NCBI GenBank assembly: GCA_051294905.1
Contig: CM119372.1
Span: forward strand, 40,488,001 to 40,552,000
Reading direction: 5' to 3'
From: Botryllus schlosseri
Taxonomy: Eukaryota
Length of the DNA: 64,000 nucleotides
Part shown: positions 1 through 8,625 of the stretch, piece after piece
How positions within the stretch are numbered: the first letter of the stretch is position 1
How the letters are laid out: the number at the start of each line of letters is the position of its first letter
Notes under the pieces: generated by a model
What the model saw: only the letters and a program-made list of their open reading frames with translations
Databases searched by the model: none
Told to the model about the DNA's origin: nothing
Program-made: the position numbers and the translations under genes

Positions 1-3000
1 ATGTAAGATGATTGTATTACGGGCGCTTAAGTAGTTCGTGAGTCGTATGTACATTCGCTGGACACGGCGCAATCTTCGGAAGCCAGCAATCGAACCAATC
101 TTATCTACAGACCCTGAACAAACTATCATTGGCCAGCTGATAATACCGTCTGTTTAGTTCCGTTCCTGCGTAATGTGAAATATCGAATCACGATGCAGGC
201 CAAAACTCACATATTATTTCTCAAAATTATCTAGCAAGCTCGGCTACTAGGAAGCCTGCTTATCAAATACGACTAATTGAAAAATCCGAGCGCACTCGGA
301 GCATTTTGTAATGCGGACTCACCTTAACACAATCAATATGTAAGATGATTGTATTACGGGCGCTTAAGTAGTTTGTGAGTCGTATGTACATTTGCTGGAC
401 ACGGCGCAATCTTCGAAAGCCAGCAATCGAACCAATCTTATCTACAGACCCTGAACAAACCATCATTGGCCAGCTGATAATACCGTCTGTTTCGGTCCGT
501 TCCTGCGTAATGTGAAATATCGAATCACGATGCAGGCCAAAACTCACATTTTATTTCTCAAAATTATCTAGCAAGCTCGGCTACAAGGAAGCCTGTTTAT
601 CAGATACGACTAATTGAAAAATCCGAGCGCACTCGGAGCATTTTGTAATGCGGACTCACCTTAACACAATCAATATGTAAGATGATTGTATTACGGGCGC
701 TTAAGTAGTTTGTGAGTCGTATGTACATTTGCTGGACACGGCGCAATCTTCGAAAGCCAGAAATCGATCCAATCTAATCTACAGAACCTGAACAAACCAT
801 CATTGGCCAGCTGATAATACCGTCTGTTTAGATCGGTTCTTGCGTAATGTGAAAAATCGAATCACGATGCAGGCCAAAACTAACATTTTATTTCTCAAAA
901 TTATCTAGCAAGCTCGGCTACTAGGAAGCCTGCTTATCAGATACGACTAATTGAAAAATCCGAGTGCACTCGGAGCATTTTGTAATGCGGACTCACCTTA
1001 ACACAATCAATATGTAAGATGATGGTATCACGGGCGCTTAAGTAGTTTGTGAGTCGTATGTACATTTGCTGGACACGGCGCAATCTTCGGAAGCCAGCAA
1101 TCGAACCAATCTTATCTACAGAACCTGAACAAACCATCATTGGCCAGCTGAAAACACCGTATTTTAGGTCGGTTCTTGCGTAATGTGAAATATCGAATCA
1201 CGATGCAGGCCAAAACTCACATATTATTTCTCAAAATTATCTAGCAAGCTCGGCCACTAGGAAGCCTGCTTATCAGATACGAATAATTGAAAAATCCGAG
1301 CGCACTCGGAACATTTTGTAATGCGGACTCACCTTAACACAATCAATATGTAAGATGATTGTATTACGGGCGCTTAAGTAGTTCGTGAGTCGTATGTACA
1401 TTCGCTGGACACGGCGCAATCTTCGGAAGCCAGCAATCGAACCAATCTTATCTACAGACCCTTAACAAACTATCATTGGCCAGCTGATAATACCGTCTGT
1501 TTAGTTCCGTTCCTGCGTAATGTGAAATATCGAATCACGATGCAGGCCAAAACTCACATATTATTTCTCAAATTTATCTAGCATGCTCGGCTCCTAGGAA
1601 GCCTGCTTATCAGGTACGACAAATTGAGAAATCCGAGCGCACCAGGAGCATTTTGTATTGCGGACTCACCTTAACACAATCAATATGTAAGGTGATTGTA
1701 TTACGGGCACTTGAGTAGTTCGTGAGTCGTATGTCCTTTTACTGGACACGGCGCAATCTTAGGAAGCCAGCAATCGAACCAATCTTATCTACAGACCCTG
1801 AACAAACCATCATTGGCCAGCTGATAACACCGTCTGTTTAGATCGGTTCTTGCGTAATGTGAAAAATCGAATCACGATGCAGGCCAAAACTCACATTTTA
1901 TTTCTCAAAATTATCTAGCAAGCTCGGCTACTAGGAAGCCTGTTTATCAGATACGACTAATTGAAAAATCCGAGCGCACTCGGAGCATTTTGTAATGCGG
2001 ACTCACCTTAACACAATCAATATGTAAGATGATGGTATCACGGGCGCTTAAGTAGTTTGTGAGTCGTATGTACATTTGCTGGACACGGCGCAATCTTCGG
2101 AAGCCAGCAATCGAACCAATCTTATCTACAGACCCTGAACAAACTATCATTGGCCAGCTGATAATACCGTCTGTTTCGGTCCGTTCCTGCGTAATGTGAA
2201 ATATCGAATCACGATGCAGGCCAAAACTCACATATAATTTCTCAAAATTATCTAGCATGCTCGGCTCCTAGGAAGCCTGCTTATCAGGTACGACAAATTG
2301 AAAAATCCGAGCGCACTCGGAGCATTTTGTAATGCGGACTCACCTTAACACAATCAATATGTAAGATGATTGTATTACGGGCGCTTGATTAGTTCGTGAG
2401 TCGTATGTACATTCGCTGGACACGGCGCAATCTTCGAAAGCCAGAAATCGATCCAATCTAATCTACAGAACCTGAACAAACCATCATTGGCCAGCTGATA
2501 ATACCGTCTGTTTAGATCGGTTCTTGCGTAATGTGAAAAATCGAATCACGATGCAGGCCAAAACTCACATATTATTTCTCAAAATTATCTAGCAAGCTCG
2601 GCTCCTAGGAAGCCTGCTTATCAGGTACGACAAATTGAAAAATCCGAGGGCACCAGGAGCATTTTGTAATGCGGACTCGCCTTAAGACAATCAATATGTA
2701 AGGTGATTGTATTACGGGCGCTTAAGTAGTTCGTGAGTCGTATGTACATTCGCTGGACACGGCGCAATCTTCGGAAGCCAGCAATCGAACCAATCTTATC
2801 TACAGACCCTGAACAAACTATCGTTGGCCAGCTGATAATACCGTCTGTTTAGTTCCGTTCCTGCGTAATGTAAAATATAGAATCACGATGCAGGCCAAAA
2901 CTCACAGATTATTTCTCAAAATTATCTAGCAAGCTCGGCTACTAGAAAGCCTGCTTATCAGATACGACTAATTGAAAAATCCGAGCGCACTCGGAGCATT

Positions 3001-4875
3001 TTGTAATGCGGACTCACCTTAAGACAATCAATATGTAAGGTGATTGTATTACGGGCGCTTGATTAGTTCTTGAGTCGTATGTCCTTTTACTGGACACGAC
3101 GCAATCTTCGGAAGCCAGCAATCGAACCAATCTTATCTACAGACCGTGAACAAACCATCATTGGCCAGCTGATAATACCGTCTGTTTATATCGGTTCTTG
3201 CGTAATGTGAAATATCGAATCACGATGCAGGCCAAAACTCACATATTATTTCTCAAAATTATCTAGCAAGCTCGGCTCCTAGGAAGCCTGCTTATCAGGT
3301 ACGACAAATTGAAAAATCCGAGGGCACAAGGAGCATTTTGTAATGCGGACTCGCCTTAAGACAATCAATATGTAAGGTGATTGTATTACGGGCGCTTAAG
3401 TAGTTCGTGAGTCGTATGTACATTCGCTGGACACGGCGCAATCTTCGAAAGCCAGCAATCGAACCAATCTTATCTAGAGTCCGTGAACAAACCATCATTG
3501 GCCAGCTGATAATACCGTCTGTTTAGGTCCGTTCCTGCGTAATGTGAAATATCGAATCACGATGCAGGCCAAAACTCACATATTATTTCTCAAAATTATC
3601 TAGCAAGCTCGGCTACTAGGAAGCCTGCTTATCAAATACGACTAATTGAAAAATCCGAGCGCACTCGGAGCATTTTGTAATGCGGACTCACCTTAACACA
3701 ATCAATATGTAGGATGATTGTATTACGGGCGCTCAAGTAGTTCGTGAGTCGTATGTACATTGGGTGGACACGGCGCAATCTTCGGAAGCCAGCAATCGAA
3801 CCAATCTTATCTACAGACCCTTAACAAACTATCATTGGCCAGCTGATAATACCGTCTGTTTAGTTCCGTTCCTGCGTAAGGTGAAATATCGAATCACGAT
3901 GCAGGCCAAAACTCACAGATTATTTCTCAAAATTATCTAGCAAGCTCGGCTCCTAGGAAGCCTGCTTATCAGGTACGACAAATTGAAAAATCCGAGGGCA
4001 CCAGGAGCATTTTGTAATGCGGACTCGTCTTAAGACAATCAATATGTAAGGTGATTGTATTACGGGCGCTTAAGTAGTTCGTGAGTCGTATGTACATTCG
4101 CTGGACACGGCGCAATCTTCGAAAGCCAGCAATCGAACCAATCTTATCTACAGAACCTGAACAAACCATCATTGGCCAGCTGAAAACACCGTATTTTAGG
4201 TCGGTTCTTGCGTAATGGTAAAAATCGAATCACGTTGCAGGCCAAAACTCACATATTATTTCTCAAAATTATCTAGCAAGCTCGGCTACTAGGAAGCCTG
4301 CATATCAGATACGAATAATTGAAAAATCCGAGCGCACTCGGAGCATTTTGTAATGCGGACTCACCTTAACACAATCAATATGTAAGGTGATTGTATTACG
4401 GGCGCTTGATTAGTACTTGAGTCGTATGTCCTTTTACTGGACACGGCGCAATCTTCGGAAGCCAGCAATCGAACCAATCTTATCTAGAGTCCGTGAACAA
4501 ACCTTCATTGGCCAGCTGATAATACCGTCTGTTTAGGTCCGTTCCTGCGTAATGTGAAATATCGAATCACGATGCAGGCCATAACTCACATATTATTTCT
4601 CAAAATTATCTAGCAAGCTCGGCTACTAGGAAGCCTGCTTATCAAATACGACTAATTGAAAAATCCGAGCGCACTCGGAGCATTTTTTAATGCGGACTCA
4701 CCTTAAAACAATCAATATGTAAGATGATTGCATTACGGGCGCTTAAGTAGTTCGTGAGTCGTATGTACATTCGCTGGACACGGCGCAATCTTCGGAAGCC
4801 AGCAATCGAACCAATCTTATCTACAGACCCTGAACAAACTATCATTGGCCAGCTGATAATACCGTCTGTTTAGAT
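1..4875 (+). repeat. Satellite DNA array, 337-bp monomer, forward orientation, ~14.5 copies (continues beyond the left edge)
   Basis: Head-to-tail recurrence of TCAGATACGACTAATTGAAAAATCCGAGCGCACTCGGAGCATTTTGTAATGCGG...CTAGCAAGCTCGGCTACTAGGAAGCCTGCTTA every 337 bp. Repeated ORF ends in the track are spaced by multiples of 337 (e.g. 263, 937; 3295, 3969), with occasional 336-bp units. Confidence 0.98.
4868..4875 (+). other. Left target-site duplication GTTTAGAT (8 bp; 9 bp if the C at 4876 is counted)
   Basis: Identical to 8618-8625; removing the insert and one copy restores an intact monomer. Confidence 0.92.
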
Positions 4876-4933
4876 CACTGAGCTATATAAACACTGGAGT
4901 GCGCTACTCGCGATATTTACGTTGTCACTAGAA

Positions 4934-5145
4934 ACAGTTGCATTGTGGGGGATAGGCTGGACGATTTAGTGCAGGAGCTTATGGAAAAACGTCCAGTTCT
5001 AAAATATATTTGATTCGTATTGGGTTTGTAGTATTTTATACGAATGGAGCTTTGAATGAATAATCATCGTAACATTCAGGATTTGTTTCAGCCCAATATC
5101 TCGTGTTTATATCTGTGTTATCGGTGTATTTCGACATGTCGAAGA
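4934..5145 (+). repeat. Left subterminal inverted repeat of the transposon (212-bp core; degenerate extension out to ~4915)
   Basis: ACAGTTGCATTGTGGGGGATAGGCTGGACG...TTTCGACATGTCGAAGA is the reverse complement of 8351-8562 with 5 mismatches by manual alignment. Confidence 0.95.
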
Positions 5146-6187
5146 TATAAGTGGTTTCGACTGTTCGTGGTAAAATAAGGTTGTCTATGTGTCATCGTAT
5201 GTATTTTTTTGTGGTTATATTCCTGATGTAGATTGCTTTACTCGTTGTATCCAGCATATTTTACGTGTACAGAAATAACCAAGCTGTCAAAAGATGTATA
5301 ATGCCAGTTCAGTTATCTTTCAGATATATGTTTCTATAGGAAGTAAAAGCATCTACGATTGTCAGCTTGAAGTTATTATCGGAGCGTGCCTCGGAATTAC
5401 CTATCCTGGATTCAAAATCTTCATACTTCAATGGAGCTGATGTGAATGCTATAACTGCCAGCTGTGAATATTGCTGATGGAGAAAATTCAGCATCATGGG
5501 ACATATCAAAAGGCACTGCTGAAATCAACTGAATGCCATTGTGGTTATTCTACGTATTTATTGGTTCAGCGTATTTAAATAAATCCAAAAAAGAGAAAGT
5601 AAAGATATGTCTGCTATGTGTGGCGATGGGGTAGTGATTTCTGTAGAAGTGACTGAATGAGTTCATTGAATGAGAGAAACAAGAAATGCATGGGTCCTTA
5701 TTCAGATGTAGCTAGAATTGCCCAATTCACAGTGAAATTGGGGCTATGTTGGTTGTAACAGCAATCTGTGCACTTTGGGAGTTCATAATAAATATTAATT
5801 TTATCGAATCAAAACGGCACAAGATACAATCTAAACGGCGTACATGTATTTTATCATAATTACACCTATAGCTACCCATATGCGTGTGTACATGAAGCTT
5901 GGCTCGTTTTGCACTTTCATGAAACCAGAAATTAGTTTGGATTCAAAACTAACTGGAGATGTGAACTGTGCTGCCTCGTCACACGAAATACCGCGCTGTA
6001 CTGTCTCGTACCAAAATGCTGAACTCTCGTTTTCAGAAACACCAGCTTCGGTTATGAGAAACGAATTTTTCTATTAAAATAACAACATAAAAAATAAAAC
6101 CAGAAATAAATTAATTGTTATCGACTTTACGTCGCCTTCGGCGTAATTAACGGTGATCTGAAAGTCAAATGTGGGATAAGTTAGGGC

Positions 6188-6338
6188 TTAATATCTGCGA
6201 ACGAGGTATAATAAACGAACCGATTCTGATCTTAGTTCCAACTTAATGGAATTTCTTCTCTTCTTACGCGGCACAGGCACAGTCACATTGAAGGCCACCC
6301 CACTACGGGTCCTACGACGACGACGTCGTTTTTGGGCA
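6188..6338 (-). CDS. Possible terminal exon of the THAP gene: basic, NLS-like peptide (AQKRRRRRRTRSGVAFNVTVPVPRKKRRNSIK...)
   Basis: Candidate acceptor TTCATTTATCTTGAACAG| at 6339, phase-compatible with the exon 2 donor; part of ORF 6188..6391(-). No homology evidence, and intervening exons cannot be excluded. Confidence 0.3.
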
Positions 6339-6456
6339 CTGTTCAAGATAAATGAACTAACATATGAGAAATTGTTCACTTGAAGACACATTGATCGACA
6401 TACCTTGATGTCACGACAACGTTTTTATACCAAAATGCGTATAAAATAGTAAAGAA

Positions 6457-6661
6457 AGTGTGTTAGCCGGTGTCTTCTACGGGTTTGAAGTATGTGTTGG
6501 CTAGACTTGCTCCCTTTTTTGTTTTCTTATTATCTGTAAAGATACCAAAAACTGTGAGTACAGAATTACAATAATGAAAATTCTACGGCATACGAAGAAA
6601 GTGGCCTCACCTCATTCAGTGGGTTAGCCGGTGTCTTCCGTGGGTTTGAAGTAAGAGTTGG
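6457..6661 (+). repeat. Pair of 44-bp imperfect direct repeats inside the transposon (6457-6500 and 6618-6661)
   Basis: AGTGTGTTAGCCGGTGTCTTCTACGGGTTTGAAGTATGTGTTGG vs AGTGGGTTAGCCGGTGTCTTCCGTGGGTTTGAAGTAAGAGTTGG; 38/44 identical, offset 161 bp. Confidence 0.85.
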
Positions 6662-7318
6662 GTATGTAAATATTCTCTCTGGCGACGCAGGGTTGGCTTT
6701 ACAGCTTAACGATGGTCGATTCCAAAACCTTTGAATGGAAAAGAAAACAGCCACGAGCAAGTATGTAATAAAGCGATAGTTACATCTGTGTACCAGAGCA
6801 CATATCATATAAATTATATATTGACAGTTAACCGCTAAAGGTATTGGACACTGAATGCAGCCTAATGATAAAAGGATGACAGATGTAACAAAATTGTTAT
6901 CCACCTTCTCAACGACAACATCGGAAAGCGGTAACGAATTGTCATTTTCTTTTTCAACGGAAGGGTGAAGGTAATTCAACAATTGAATCACCTTGAGCCT
7001 CATTATTGAACATATGGCAAAGGTGTCAATCGCCGTAACAGAACCAGCTTAATGAAATAACATTAATGCCCAATCTGTGCTAGTAGAGAATATATTTTAA
7101 TGGAAGCCTATAAAATACGCATGATCGAAAAAACACCTGAATATGTTCTATAGATAGAACCAACTCTTGGATTTTTTTTAAACATAAAGATTTGAGCTAT
7201 CCACATAATTTATATTATCATGACATTACGTCTCTGGAAACACAACTATAAGCCCTAGCAATGACCAGAGGTGGTCAGTTAAGAAGTACTTCTACTTAAA
7301 GTGGTTTTGCTCACTCAC

Positions 7319-7465
7319 GTCCTTAAACGAATTCTCCCGCCAACACGGTAAATATCACTTTCTGAAAAATGATCAGAACAGACGACCGACGATCTTGCTG
7401 GCTCCCAGTCTTTTCTTCTAATACATTCTATCCATCTTTCTTTCAGGGAATCATTGGTAGGAAAG
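7319..7465 (-). CDS. THAP zinc-finger protein, coding exon 2 (R-FPTNDSLKERWIECIRRKDWEPARSSVVCSDHFSESDIYRVGGRIRLR-T)
   Basis: Acceptor TTCTCTACAACACAG| at 7466, phase-compatible with exon 1 (CG|C = Arg). Supplies the FP, W and CxxHF motifs of the THAP C2CH fold. The 3' end is either a donor AC|GTGAGT (GT at 7318-7317) or an in-frame TGA at 7317-7315. Absent from the ORF track. Confidence 0.88.
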
Positions 7466-8199
7466 CTGTGTTGTAGAGAACATTGTATCAGTTCACAAGT
7501 AATTCTATGATACGAAGCACACCAAATTGACCATTCTTTGTTATGAACGATGATAAAAGTAGCAGGAACATATGTGAAATTATCTTGTTTGATTTAGATA
7601 TATCTGTTACTTTCTACCCCTGAAGGATAAACTATTAGGTAACCTTTTAAATCCAAAGCCAAAGGTTAACCTAAAAAAAACATCTTACAAGACAAATCGA
7701 ACGTCTCGCACGCACAAAGCTATAATGAACTCGACCACGGAATTAGCAATTTGAACTTTAGTGTGAGCATCTGGCACCAGAAATATAGAGTTATTACTCA
7801 ACTATGCTGGACAAAACCGTGTGGCCCTCAATTATACCTTTCCTTCTAGTCCTACCTCCAACCTTCACGACAATTTTAAGCAAGGATTGAGTACTAAGCT
7901 AGTTATTGGCTGAACTGCCCATACAGAATACAAACAGTGACCTGGCTGGTCATGCTATTACAGGTATACTGATGAACTGACATGGTGCTGAGACTGCTGA
8001 TATAGTCTGCTCTGATCATACCAACATCATTATACTTGTGACAAAATGTTCTGGTATAATGACACTTTAACATGGCCTATTCATTAATGCTGTGGCTTAT
8101 CTGGACATTGATTAACTGTGATGGTCAGGAAATATTAAAAATAGAAACTGATTCTTCAAAGATAGTCTTGCTGCCCTGCATATTCTGCCATTCACTCAC
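7466..8199 (-). other. Spliceosomal GT-AG intron 1 of the THAP gene (734 bp)
   Basis: GTGAGT donor and pyrimidine-rich CAG acceptor; splicing creates the FHRFP motif typical of THAP domains. Confidence 0.82.
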
Positions 8200-8360
8200 C
8201 GGTGAAATGTTCTTGGATGCCGACGCTTTACCAAAGACTCTTCATCGCTACTACCATCGCTATTACTTCTCATATATGACTCCGTGGATATCTTTTTCTG
8301 CCTTTTACTGCACCAACAGGCGCAACAAACGCTACCACCAAAACGAGATGTCTTCGACAT
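8200..8360 (-). CDS. THAP zinc-finger protein, coding exon 1 (MSKTSRFGGSVCCACWCSKRQKK...KRRHPRTFH-R)
   Basis: ATG at 8360. N-terminal CxxxxC (CCACWC) and TFHR motif. Ends at a consensus donor CG|GTGAGT (GT at 8199-8198), phase 2. Corresponds to the 3' part of ORF 8196..8393(-). Confidence 0.85.
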
Positions 8361-8562
8361 GTCGAAATACACAGATAACACAGATATAAACACGAGATAT
8401 TGGGCTGAAACAAATCCTGAATGTTACGATGATTATTCATTCAAAGCTCCATTCGTATAAAATACTACAAACCCAATACGAATCAAATATATTTTAAAAC
8501 TGGACGTTTTTCCATAAGCGCCTGTACTAAGTCGTCCAGCCTATCCCCCACAATGCAACTGT
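8351..8562 (-). repeat. Right subterminal inverted repeat of the transposon (212-bp core; degenerate extension out to ~8582); contains the THAP start codon and its upstream region
   Basis: TCTTCGACATGTCGAAATACAC...CCTATCCCCCACAATGCAACTGT is the reverse complement of 4934-5145. Confidence 0.95.
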
Positions 8563-8617
8563 AACATGGTGACAACGCAAATTTGCTTAGCCGGAGATGG
8601 CAGTAGTTCGGGGCTTG

Positions 8618-8625
8618 GTTTAGAT
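8618..8625 (+). other. Right target-site duplication GTTTAGAT
   Basis: Identical to 4868-4875 and followed directly by the satellite continuation CCGTTCCTGCGTAATG. Confidence 0.92.

Larger units (their letters stand above)
4876..8617 (-). mobile_element. 3,742-bp DNA transposon inserted in the satellite; THAP-encoding, probably P-element/Galileo superfamily, apparently non-autonomous
   Basis: The satellite stops at ...CCGTCTGTTTAGAT (4875) and resumes in register at GTTTAGATCCGTTCC (8618). GTTTAGAT is duplicated at 4868-4875 and 8618-8625, and the element runs CA...TG. It has 212-bp subterminal inverted repeats and a spliced THAP domain. The superfamily call is inferred from 8-bp TSD + CA termini + THAP. 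An alternative parse is a 9-bp TSD (GTTTAGATC) with the element at 4877-8617. Confidence 0.9.

Noticed and set aside
263..600. 5S rRNA, tRNA, snRNA or spliced-leader gene tandem array
   Set aside because: I could not recognise 5S, tRNA, U-snRNA or SL sequence or pol III A/B/C boxes in the monomer; not excluded without a covariance-model search.
4897..4905. GAGTGCGCT near the left end matches the satellite's reverse strand (possible homology-guided targeting)
   Set aside because: Only 9 bp and not at the insertion position in the monomer; compatible with chance.
5309..7003. ORFs 5309..5509(-), 5844..6077(+) and 6566..7003(-) as transposase or cargo genes
   Set aside because: Short, with no recognisable motifs. 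Parts may be degraded exons but cannot be supported from sequence alone.
8072..8389. 105-aa plus-strand ORF
   Set aside because: Antisense to THAP exon 1 and its intron; no recognisable features.
8561..8606. RFX X-box-like (GTAACATGGTGAC) and CTCF/YY1-like (AGATGGCAGTA) motifs near the right end; TATATAAA at 4884-4891
   Set aside because: Short, imperfect motif matches with no independent support.
4876..8617. LTR or non-LTR retrotransposon, or Helitron
   Set aside because: The repeats are inverted rather than direct, there is no poly(A) tail, RT or integrase, and a TSD is present (Helitrons make none).
4877..8617. Mutator-like element (9-bp TSD GTTTAGATC, ~200-bp inverted repeats)
   Set aside because: Not excluded, but the 8-bp parse gives symmetrical CA...TG ends and the THAP domain fits the P superfamily better; other copies are needed to decide.
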